From Planctomycetota bacterium (GTDB lineage Bacteria; Planctomycetota; UBA1135; UBA2386), in contig CANMWZ010000006.1 of assembly GCA_947501605.1 (NCBI GenBank), forward strand, positions 32,001 to 96,000: a stretch of DNA of 64,000 nt, given 5' to 3'. Shown piece by piece: positions 38,313 through 46,625 of this stretch. The notes below the pieces were generated by a model. That model made no database searches and had not been told where the DNA came from. It saw only the letters and a list, made by a program, of their open reading frames with translations. The translations under genes and the position numbers were made by a program. The number at the start of each line of letters is the position of its first letter. Positions within the stretch are counted from its first letter, which is position 1.

Positions 38313-40196
38313 ATGCTGCCTCGAGCCGATGCTCCAGATGTGGGCCTACCGCGCTGGTTCTGGTGGCTCCCAGCGGTCGTCTTCGCCGCATGGTTTCCGA
38401 TCGCGCCGTTCTGGGCCAGCGACGACTACTTTGCGCTGCACTGGGCCAAAGACCTCGAGCACGTGCTCGCCGACTTCACGGGACCGTGGTACGGCGCCAC
38501 CGACCTGTTCTTCTTCTACCGCCCACTGATCACGCTGAGTCTGTGGCTCGAAGTCCAGGTCGCGGGCAGCGACCCATGGCTTGCACATATCAACAACGTG
38601 CTCGTCCATGCGTGCAGCGCCACGATGGTCGCGCTGCTGTGGCGACGTTGGCTTTCGATCGGCTACGCCTTTGCTGCGGGACTCGTCTGGGGCCTGTCGC
38701 CCATCCACATCGGCGCCATTGGCTGGGCGATCGCGCGCACCGACGGGTTCAGTTGCGCATTCGCACTGATGAGCACCTTGCTGCTCGCGCGCTATGTCGA
38801 AGGGTCGACGACCCGACGGTGGCCGTCGCTGGTCTGCTTTGCGCTGGCGCTGTTGTGCAAGGAGACCGTGCTGTGCCTACCGGGCTTGCTGTTCTTGGTG
38901 GCTTTCGCCAAGCAAGACCCCGCAGCGATCACACCCCGCGCCAAGAGAGCGCTGAGCGCGATCTGGCCGCACATCGCACTCCTCATTGCCTACGTCGCCT
39001 GGCGCGTCGCGATTCTGGGGCGAATGGGAGGTTACGACGCCGCGGCCTACGAGCCTCTGCAGATGGCAGCAGGGCTCAGTGAGTACGCCTTGGGCCTCCT
39101 GAACCCTCTGTACTGGTCGCCACCTCCAGAACGGATCGAGCTGCTGCCGCGCGTCCTACACCTCGCCCTCGCACCACTCGGCTTCGCGCCGGCACTCCTG
39201 GCGGTGACCGTCCTTCTGGGCAAGGGTCGAGCCAAGACGCTCGGCTTCGCGGTCGCGTGGTTCTTGCTCGCGAGCGTGCCGATGGCCGGATTCTTCGCCC
39301 AGGCCGACAACCACCACAACCTCCGCTATTTCTGCCTCGCATTCGCGGGGTTGGCGGCGCTACTCGTGACCGGTGGGCGCGTCGCAACAGCACTCGCCCT
39401 CACATGCACTCTCCTCATGCTGGTACGCGTTCGGGTCGAGCAACACGATGCCGACATGCAGTCGCGCAGCATGCACGAGCAGTTGGTTTCGTTGCTCGAT
39501 GACGATCTGCCAGGCCCGTGGTTCGTCGCCGGCCTGCCGCATCAGAGCCAGAACGCCGTGGCACTTCAGTTTCACTTCGGGATCGACCGGATGCTGACGC
39601 CGCCGTTCGCAAACGGCACGACTCGCGTGTTTGCGCATCGGCCGACCTTCGCATTACCGGGTGCAGTAGACCTCACCGACGAGGACGGGCTGCCGATCGC
39701 GCCGCCGATGGGAACGACGCTGCTGTTCCGTGGCAGCGAACTGCTGGTGACCGTGCCACAAAAGCCACTGCCTGAACTGCCGCTCGACGCGCCTACGGAG
39801 GTCGACGCCACGAGCCCGGCACTCTATCGACTCAACAACGGTTCCGGGCCGGTGCGCTTCACGATGCCCGGCGTGCGTACGCCCGCGTTGCGCCTGACGT
39901 TCTTCACTGCAAGCGGGTATCTCGGTGCGCTGGTGCCAAACCACGCTGCCGCCGACGAGCAGGACGGCAGGCTCGACCTGCTGACTTTCTTCAAGACCGC
40001 GCAGTGGTCCGCTGGGCGCGAACTGATTCGGGGCCTCGAGCCCTCGACGATCATGGACTTGGCCACGGACTTCCCGGTGCTCATCGAAGGCGGGGACTAC
40101 CGCGACGACACCTTCACGCCGACCCACCGAGCCCGCCGCATGGTGATGTTCCGCTTCGACCGCGGCCTGCCCAAGGTGATGCGCGGCGGCGATTGA
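38313..40196 (+). CDS. Polytopic GT-C-fold glycosyltransferase-like membrane protein (TMTC/ArnT-like)
   Basis: About 11 TM segments; SDDY, FYRPL, H..N...H, P.H..AI.W..AR.D and CKE motifs; soluble C-terminal domain. Confidence 0.78.
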   Translation: MLPRADAPDVGLPRWFWWLPAVVFAAWFPIAPFWASDDYFALHWAKDLEHVLADFTGPWYGATDLFFFYRPLITLSLWLEVQVAGSDPWLAHINNVLVHACSATMVALLWRRWLSIGYAFAAGLVWGLSPIHIGAIGWAIARTDGFSCAFALMSTLLLARYVEGSTTRRWPSLVCFALALLCKETVLCLPGLLFLVAFAKQDPAAITPRAKRALSAIWPHIALLIAYVAWRVAILGRMGGYDAAAYEPLQMAAGLSEYALGLLNPLYWSPPPERIELLPRVLHLALAPLGFAPALLAVTVLLGKGRAKTLGFAVAWFLLASVPMAGFFAQADNHHNLRYFCLAFAGLAALLVTGGRVATALALTCTLLMLVRVRVEQHDADMQSRSMHEQLVSLLDDDLPGPWFVAGLPHQSQNAVALQFHFGIDRMLTPPFANGTTRVFAHRPTFALPGAVDLTDEDGLPIAPPMGTTLLFRGSELLVTVPQKPLPELPLDAPTEVDATSPALYRLNNGSGPVRFTMPGVRTPALRLTFFTASGYLGALVPNHAAADEQDGRLDLLTFFKTAQWSAGRELIRGLEPSTIMDLATDFPVLIEGGDYRDDTFTPTHRARRMVMFRFDRGLPKVMRGGD

Positions 40197-40245
40197 GTTA
40201 GCGCGCCAGCGTGACTGCGCCTGCGCGCCAGCGGGCGCTCGCACC

Positions 40246-41067
40246 TCAGATCCCGTCGGCGAACGGCGACTCTGGCGTCAGGATCTCTTCGACATCGAGC
40301 AGGTCGCAACGGCAAGCAACGCCGAGCAGCGACGACAAGGATGGCGTCGTTCGCCCCTCATCGCCACTGATGAACTCCTTCACGTAGGTACCGTGCTGGC
40401 ACTGCACCTTCAGCTGCAGCCGCATGTCCGCGATGTACTCGAGTCCCTTCACGCTGACGAGTCGTTCGCGGTCCAGGTCGGCACGGCGATGCGAGACGCG
40501 CTGCGGCGTGCGCTGGACGACAACACCGTGAAACGCGAGCGCGGCATCGAGACTCGCCGGCAATTGTTCGAGCGCGACCTCGGCACGATAGATCTTCTCG
40601 AAGTTCGTCTGCTTCCAGTAAGCGACGCGGTTCTTGCTGACCGGCACGAACGCCGACAACTCGATCGCGCCCTCGGCCCGCTGCTCGATCTCCTTGCGCA
40701 GTTCGTCGAGGTCCACGTCGAGCTTGCGCGCACCGATCACTTCGTAGACGAACGGACGACCGCGACCGAGCATCAGCACGTCGATGTCTTCACGGCCGGC
40801 ACCGTGGAAGCGTCCCGTCCGAGCTTGGAACGCCGGCATCATGCGGCGGCCGATCAGCTCTTGGACGGATTCCTTGGTCAGCTTGCCGAAGCCCTCGCAG
40901 GGCACGCAACCTTCGCGTCGGCGGCGGTCACCCTTGCAGGTCGGGCACCAAAAAATGGTCTGCGGCAAACCGCGTCGAAGTTTGCGATACCTCGACTCGA
41001 AGAAGAGGTTGCGGCGTGAGACGCGCGGACGCGGGTTGCGCGCTGGATCGGCGGACGAGGGTTCCAC
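40246..41067 (-). CDS. pus10: tRNA pseudouridine(54/55) synthase Pus10, catalytic domain only
   Basis: RYRKLRRGLPQT.FWCPTC...CVPC.G.GK, SVQELI, FHGAGREDIDVLMLGRGRPFV, KIYRA, QRTPQRVSHRRADL.RER, GTYVKEFISGDEGRTTPSL...C..LDV. GTG 41067 chosen because the longer ORF overlaps the upstream gene; TATACT lies 8 nt upstream. Confidence 0.9.
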   Translation of the reverse strand: MEPSSADPARNPRPRVSRRNLFFESRYRKLRRGLPQTIFWCPTCKGDRRRREGCVPCEGFGKLTKESVQELIGRRMMPAFQARTGRFHGAGREDIDVLMLGRGRPFVYEVIGARKLDVDLDELRKEIEQRAEGAIELSAFVPVSKNRVAYWKQTNFEKIYRAEVALEQLPASLDAALAFHGVVVQRTPQRVSHRRADLDRERLVSVKGLEYIADMRLQLKVQCQHGTYVKEFISGDEGRTTPSLSSLLGVACRCDLLDVEEILTPESPFADGI

Positions 41068-41140
41068 AGAGCCGCAGTATAGGCACACCCCCACGGCCGA
41101 CTGCAAGCGGGCGACAGCGACTCTGCTTGCGATCCTCGCC

Positions 41141-41566
41141 TCACTTTGTGCGGGCGGTGGAACGCGGCGCCGAAGACGGCCGACGATTGGCGTCGTCGCG
41201 GCCGGAATGGCGTTCGATGAAGCGACCGAGGAACGAGAACAGTTCCTTGCAGTCAATCGGCGTTCGCAGCAGCGAATGGATCTCGAAACGCTGCTTCTCG
41301 TTGCTCATCGCCTTTGGCTCGCGCCCAGCCACCAGTGCGACCAACTCGGTCGCCTGGTCGAACGAGCGCAGGTGCTGCAGCATCCCCATCGACTCCTGAT
41401 CGAGCGGCTCGACCCCGAGGAAGACGCAGTCGAAAGTGCGGGATCTGAGTTCGTTGATACCGCGATAGCCGGAGCCCACGGTCACCTTGATGCCAGGGAA
41501 CTGCTGCAACCCGACCTTCAGTTGGTCTCGAACCAGCGCATCCTTCTCGATCAACAAAACATCCAT
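41141..41566 (-). CDS. Single-domain receiver-fold protein, degenerate (pseudo-receiver)
   Basis: MDVLLIEKDALVRDQL...FDCVFLGV...LLRTPID; CheY-like pattern with Gly at the phosphoacceptor position and Thr at the conserved Lys. Confidence 0.75.
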   Translation of the reverse strand: MDVLLIEKDALVRDQLKVGLQQFPGIKVTVGSGYRGINELRSRTFDCVFLGVEPLDQESMGMLQHLRSFDQATELVALVAGREPKAMSNEKQRFEIHSLLRTPIDCKELFSFLGRFIERHSGRDDANRRPSSAPRSTARTK

Positions 41567-41699
41567 CGGCGTATCGAGCCTCCAGAGTCGTGTATCGGCC
41601 GTGCGCTAGTTCCGACGCGACCCGCGGCACCGTCCCATCCAAGGTGATGCGGCGATTGCAGGCTTGACCGCGATGGCATGGGCTGGTTCGGTGCAGGTC

Positions 41700-42647
41700 A
41701 TGAACTGCCTCGCCGGAATCGACGAAGCGGGCCTCGGGCCAATCCTCGGGCCGATGGTCGTCGCCGGCTGTGCGTTCACCGGCCCCGACGGCGCCGATCC
41801 GTGGGCGCTGCTCGAAGAGTACGTCGGCCGCACCCGCCACCAGAAGGACAAGGTCCGCGTCGCCGACAGCAAGAAGGTGCACCAAGGACCGCACGGACTG
41901 CGACGCATCGAGGAGACCGCACTCTGCTTCTGGGCCGTACTGCACGGCGAGGTCCCGACCGACGTCGCCAGCTGGCTGCAGCGGCTCGGTGTCGACCTCG
42001 ACCAACTGGCGAAGTGTCCGTGGTACGAGGGCCTCGCGCAGAAACTGCCTCTGCATGCCGACCGCCAGTGGCTCGAACTGCACGCCGAACTCGTGCGTCG
42101 GTCGATGGCCAGCGTCGGCATCGCCATGCGCACGATCGCCGTTCGCGCAGTCGACGTCGAAGAGTGGAACCTCTTGATCGCCGAGACCGACAACAAGAGC
42201 CGCGCCCACTTCCGCGCCTACGCCAGCGTGCTCGCGCGCCTGCTCGACGCGATGCCCGGTCGCGGTCACCTCGTCGCCGATCGCTGCGGCGGCCGCATGC
42301 ACTATGCGCGCGATCTCAAAGAGCTGCGCCCTGGTGTCGCCGTCGCGACTGTGCACGAAGCAACCGCGAGTTCGAGCTACCGCCTCGGTCGCGAACCTGA
42401 CGTCGTCACGGTCACGTTTGCCGAGAAGGGCGACGACCGCTCGTTCCCAACCGCGCTCGCCAGCTGTTTTGCCAAGTACGTGCGCGAGCTGATGGTGCAC
42501 GTGATGAACGACTGGTTTTGCAGCAAGGTGCCGGGCCTGCAACGCACTGCCGGTTACTACGTCGATGGCCATCGCTTTCTGCAGGACCTCGCGCCACACA
42601 TGAACGCGCTCGACCTTCCGACTCAGCGCCTCGTGCGCGTGCGGTGA
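41700..42647 (+). CDS. rnhB: Ribonuclease HII-family protein with internal insertion
   Basis: AGIDEAGLGPILGPMVV, VADSKK, VADR, KGD, ALASCFAKYVRE, AGY. Confidence 0.8.
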   Translation: MNCLAGIDEAGLGPILGPMVVAGCAFTGPDGADPWALLEEYVGRTRHQKDKVRVADSKKVHQGPHGLRRIEETALCFWAVLHGEVPTDVASWLQRLGVDLDQLAKCPWYEGLAQKLPLHADRQWLELHAELVRRSMASVGIAMRTIAVRAVDVEEWNLLIAETDNKSRAHFRAYASVLARLLDAMPGRGHLVADRCGGRMHYARDLKELRPGVAVATVHEATASSSYRLGREPDVVTVTFAEKGDDRSFPTALASCFAKYVRELMVHVMNDWFCSKVPGLQRTAGYYVDGHRFLQDLAPHMNALDLPTQRLVRVR

Positions 42648-42651
42648 CACG

Positions 42652-44583
42652 ATGACGCCAGTCCTCACCGCCGCGATCGCCGCCGCCTGCGTGCTGCCGC
42701 TGTCGCTGCGACTCCTCGCAGCCCGACGAGTCGTTCTGGCCAATGTGCTCTGGCTCACGGTCGCCATCGTCATTGGCATCGCCGCACGAACGGTCACGCC
42801 CGACGTCCCGCTGGAGCCGACCTCACGTCCCGTCGAGCGGCTCGGCGACGGCTACGTCGGCAGCGGCACGTGCACCAAGTGCCATCCCGGCGAGCATGCA
42901 AGTTGGCAGCAGTCGTTCCATCGCACGATGACACAGAGCGTCTCGCGCCCGGCGCTGCGCGCGATCTTCGACGACCTGCAACTCGACTACTTCGGCGCCC
43001 CGGTGTCGCTGCACTGGCGCGGGTCCGAGCTGTTCGTGCGGTTGTCGCCCGACGCGCGCGGTCGCCGCAACGAACGCAAAGTCGTGCAGCTGACCGGATC
43101 GCACCACGCGCAAGTGCTCTGGTACGAAACCGGCAACCAGCGCGAACTCGGCATCGTGCCGATGGTCTACCGCATCGCAGAACAGCGCTGGCTGCCGTTC
43201 CCCGCCGTGTTCTTGATACCGCCGCAGCTGCGCGAGCCGCCGCTGCCGGGAACGTGGAATGGCAACTGCAACGGGTGCCACACGACCCACAGCATGCCGC
43301 GGCTCGATACCGATCGTGTCGACACCATGGCGGCGGAGTTCGGCATCGCCTGCGAGGCGTGCCATGGCCCGGGCGAGCGCCACACGACCGCGAACGCGAA
43401 CCCGCTACGTCGCTACGGCCTGCACTACGGTGGCAAGTCCAGCGACGACACCGTTGCCCAGCCAACGCGTATGTCGAGCGCGCGCAGCAACGAGGTCTGT
43501 GGGCAGTGCCACTCTGTGTCGATCGTCAAGCAGCAGCACTTCGACACATGGCGCGACCATGGCTCGCCGTTCCGGCCGGGCGAAGAACTGGCGCAGAGCC
43601 AGCTCGTGGTCTCGCCGCAGGACAGGAGTGCGCCCGAGTTGCACCGCAAGCTCGAGCAGGACCCACAGTTCTTTGCGCACACCTTCTGGAACGACGGTCT
43701 GCCGCGCGTGACCGGCCGCGAACTGCACGGCATCCGAGCCTCTCCGTGCTACGTCGGCGGCGAGGGCGAGCGTTCTCTGTCCTGCACCAGCTGCCACCGT
43801 ATGCACCGGGAGCAGGACGACGCCCGCGAACCGAGCGCGTGGGCAAGCTCGCAACTGGGCCAAGGCATGGACGGCAACGCCGCCTGCACGCAGTGCCATC
43901 CGAAGTTCGAGGATGCCACCGCTCTACAAGCGCACACCCACCACGCGCCACGATCTGCCGGCAGCTCGTGCTACGACTGCCACATGCCGCATACGAGCTA
44001 TGGGCTCATGAAGGCGATGCGCAGTCATTCGATCGAGTCGCCGAGCGTTGCCCGCGAACTGCAGACCGGCAGGCCGAACGCATGCAATCTGTGCCATCTC
44101 GATCGCACGCTGCAGTGGACGCAGAACCGACTGCAGGAGTGGTACGGAACCGAACCGAGCCCCCTCGACGAGGACCAGCGCAGCGTTGCCGCGGGGCCGC
44201 GTTGGCTGCTGCAGGGCGACGCCGGCATCCGCGCTCTCGCCGCGTGGAGCTCGGGCTATGAGCCGGCGCGCGCGGCCTCGGGCCACGACTGGCTGCAGCC
44301 GTACCTCGCGCAACTGCTCAGCGATCCCTACTACGCCGTGCGGTTCGTCGCGCGGCGGTCGCTCATGACGCTGCCCAGTGCGCCATCGCTCGCGGGCTAC
44401 GACGAGTTGGCCGAGACCGGGCGCTGCCAGGAAACCACAGCCCGCCTCCAGCTCGAGTTCGCCGCCACCTCGACTCGCAGCGCGCGCACCGAGATCCTGC
44501 TGGACGAAGGCGGGATGCAGTGGGACACCTTCCGCCGCATCCTCGCCCGCCGCGACGACCGCCCCGTGTTCCTCGCCGAATGA
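42652..44583 (+). CDS. Membrane-anchored octaheme c-type cytochrome with HEAT-like C-terminus
   Basis: Two N-terminal hydrophobic helices; 8 CxxCH motifs: CTKCH, CNGCH, CEACH, CGQCH, CTSCH, CTQCH, CYDCH, CNLCH. Confidence 0.93.
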   Translation: MTPVLTAAIAAACVLPLSLRLLAARRVVLANVLWLTVAIVIGIAARTVTPDVPLEPTSRPVERLGDGYVGSGTCTKCHPGEHASWQQSFHRTMTQSVSRPALRAIFDDLQLDYFGAPVSLHWRGSELFVRLSPDARGRRNERKVVQLTGSHHAQVLWYETGNQRELGIVPMVYRIAEQRWLPFPAVFLIPPQLREPPLPGTWNGNCNGCHTTHSMPRLDTDRVDTMAAEFGIACEACHGPGERHTTANANPLRRYGLHYGGKSSDDTVAQPTRMSSARSNEVCGQCHSVSIVKQQHFDTWRDHGSPFRPGEELAQSQLVVSPQDRSAPELHRKLEQDPQFFAHTFWNDGLPRVTGRELHGIRASPCYVGGEGERSLSCTSCHRMHREQDDAREPSAWASSQLGQGMDGNAACTQCHPKFEDATALQAHTHHAPRSAGSSCYDCHMPHTSYGLMKAMRSHSIESPSVARELQTGRPNACNLCHLDRTLQWTQNRLQEWYGTEPSPLDEDQRSVAAGPRWLLQGDAGIRALAAWSSGYEPARAASGHDWLQPYLAQLLSDPYYAVRFVARRSLMTLPSAPSLAGYDELAETGRCQETTARLQLEFAATSTRSARTEILLDEGGMQWDTFRRILARRDDRPVFLAE

Positions 44584-44999
44584 ACGGTCTCGACACACCT
44601 TCTAGTTTGCGCACGCGCCACCTGCGGATCGGCTGGTGGGCACTGTTCGTGTTCGCGCTGCTCGGCGTCAGCTTGGAAGCGCTGCACGGCTTCAAGGTCG
44701 CGGCCTATCTCGACGCGAGCAACGAACCGCGGCGGCTCCTGTGGCGACTCGCGCACGCGCACGGCATCGGGCTGTCGCTGGTCCACATCGCGTTCGCGTT
44801 CACTGCGGGCGCGATGCCGAGTCCGCCGCGATGGGCCTCCCCGTGCCTGACCGGGGCACTGCTGGCGATGCCGGCCGGGTTCTTCCTCGGCGGGCTTTTG
44901 CCGGTCGGCGGCGATCCGGGTGCGGGCATCGTGCTCGTGCCGCTCGGGGCCTTGTTGCTGCTGGTCGCGATCGGGGCCACGGCGCGCGGGCTACGCTGA
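44580..44999 (+). CDS. Four-TM membrane protein with His motifs, possible heme-b partner of the cytochrome
   Basis: ATGA overlap with the cytochrome stop; LEALHGFK, WRLAHAHG, LVH, PAGFFLGG, LVPLGA. Confidence 0.8.
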   Translation: MNGLDTPSSLRTRHLRIGWWALFVFALLGVSLEALHGFKVAAYLDASNEPRRLLWRLAHAHGIGLSLVHIAFAFTAGAMPSPPRWASPCLTGALLAMPAGFFLGGLLPVGGDPGAGIVLVPLGALLLLVAIGATARGLR

Positions 45000-45047
45000 G
45001 CGCCCAGCGTTCCGATCGCGACAAACAACGGATCAGGCTGACGTCAA

Positions 45048-45878
45048 CTAGCGGCGAGAACGCGCAGCGGCCAAGAAGATAGACCGAACGGCGATCTCGA
45101 ACTCCGCGCGTTGAAGCTTGATTGCGTCCTGCGCGGCAAAGAAGGCTGGGTACCTCGATTGCTCGAGAAACACGAATCGATTGTGAGAGAAGTCCGACCC
45201 CGGCAACTCCCCCGACAGCCACCTGCCATCGGGATTACGTGCCTTGGCCTCCGCCCGGAGTTTCCGTCCGATTCCATCAGGATCCGAGCCATTTGGCTTG
45301 GTCACGAAGTCGCCGTTCTGGATCGCTTCGGCCAGTGCGAGTCGGTCGGCGAGATGAACGTCTCGCTTGGCCGATCGCAGTTTCGCACCATACTCTGCAA
45401 TCAACTCTTCCAGGACTCGGAGGTCTTCTCCTCCGAGTTCGGCACGCGCGGGGTTGTAGTCCTTGTTCTGCCGAAGCTCGTCCACCGAGGGCATTGGCTC
45501 CACAAACGGATCTAACTCAGCAGGCGGCTGCAGCGCGCTTTGAAGGGCTTTGCGAATGGTGTTGATGCCTACATCGCTACCGCTCGGCTGGGCCAGGAAC
45601 GCCATAGCCTGAGCCTCGAGGGTAGGTTCCACCGCAGCTGCGACCCGAACCACCGTCTCAGCGGAACTAGCGCTCTCGCTCGTAGCGGCTGGTTCTGCCT
45701 TCACTGGCGTCGGGCCATCTTCTCCACGAACTGGCAGCGGCGTTGCTTCCTGATGAGCCCTGGGGACAGAGTGTTCTGTCACCGGCACCTCGACCACTGA
45801 GTTCCTGCTGGCAAACCATGCACCGACCAGGACGACCAGGACAACAGAGAGGATCCGTGCCCACTTGTGGCTCACCAT
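45048..45878 (-). CDS. Hypothetical protein with N-terminal membrane anchor
   Basis: 276-aa ORF, TM ILSVVLVVLVGAWF, P/A/E-rich linker, helical C-domain; 3 nt downstream of the Cys-rich gene. Confidence 0.7.
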   Translation of the reverse strand: MVSHKWARILSVVLVVLVGAWFASRNSVVEVPVTEHSVPRAHQEATPLPVRGEDGPTPVKAEPAATSESASSAETVVRVAAAVEPTLEAQAMAFLAQPSGSDVGINTIRKALQSALQPPAELDPFVEPMPSVDELRQNKDYNPARAELGGEDLRVLEELIAEYGAKLRSAKRDVHLADRLALAEAIQNGDFVTKPNGSDPDGIGRKLRAEAKARNPDGRWLSGELPGSDFSHNRFVFLEQSRYPAFFAAQDAIKLQRAEFEIAVRSIFLAAARSRR

Positions 45879-45881
45879 GAC

Positions 45882-46388
45882 TCAGCCCCCTGCTGGCACG
45901 AAGTTCTGGGGACAGGCACTGCAGGTACCGCTCGGGGCAGCGATGATCTGGACCGGTTGGTTGCCGTAGTAGCGTCGGAAGACCCAACTGTCCTGCTTGC
46001 CGCACACAACTGGATAGTCGGTGACGGAACTCGGATTGGCGAAGAGGAACGACTCAGCAGTGCAGGCTGGTGATCCGACAGGATGCCCGGCCGCGTCCAC
46101 GTGCTGAGTGCAGTAAGACTGGCTGTAGAGAACGCCGCATCCGTGATCCACGATCTGGATTGTGACGGAGAAGAGGCAGTTCGCACGAGCGACGCACTTC
46201 GGGGGAGGGTTCAGCTTGCACTCCCCGGAAAGGGAACCACCCCAAGTGACGATGACCGTAGTGCACGCATCGTTGACCGGGCTACCGTCGTCCACGACCG
46301 GGTTGCACACGGCGCACACTTGCGCAAACGCAAGGTTGCCGACCAGAACCAAACAGGCGAAGGCCTTTCGCAGAAGTTCGAGCTTCAT
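45882..46388 (-). CDS. Secreted cysteine-rich small protein (168 aa)
   Basis: Signal peptide MKLELLRKAFACLVLVGNLAFA-Q; 12 Cys in the mature region, with CxxC near both ends. Confidence 0.72.
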   Translation of the reverse strand: MKLELLRKAFACLVLVGNLAFAQVCAVCNPVVDDGSPVNDACTTVIVTWGGSLSGECKLNPPPKCVARANCLFSVTIQIVDHGCGVLYSQSYCTQHVDAAGHPVGSPACTAESFLFANPSSVTDYPVVCGKQDSWVFRRYYGNQPVQIIAAPSGTCSACPQNFVPAGG

Positions 46389-46402
46389 CGAAGCAATCTC
46401 AT

Positions 46403-46453
46403 GGGCCCTTGCCGGGGGCCCTTGCCGGGGGCCCTTGCCGGGGGCCCTTGCCG
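46403..46453. repeat. 13-bp tandem repeat (GGGCCCTTGCCGG), about 3.9 copies
   Basis: Perfect units at 46403, 46416 and 46429, and 12 of 13 nt at 46442. Confidence 0.95.
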
Positions 46454-46625
46454 CGAGGCTGACCCTCAGCCCCGAGATCACTCTCCTACCCCGAACTACC
46501 AATGCAATCAATGCCCAGTCCATGACGCTTTCGGCACTCGCGCCGACCCACGTCTCGATAGCCAGGACGACCCAGTACGGTTCCTGTTGACTGACGCCTC
46601 GCGACCTCGGCGAAGCGACATGCCC

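Noticed and set aside
40201..40233. GCGCGCCAGCG direct repeat between convergent stops
   Set aside because: Short and very GC-rich; expected by chance at this composition.
41068..41256. N-terminal extension of the pus10 ORF in the supplied track
   Set aside because: Overlaps the upstream receiver gene, is low-complexity, does not resemble THUMP, and contains the TATACT promoter-like hexamer.
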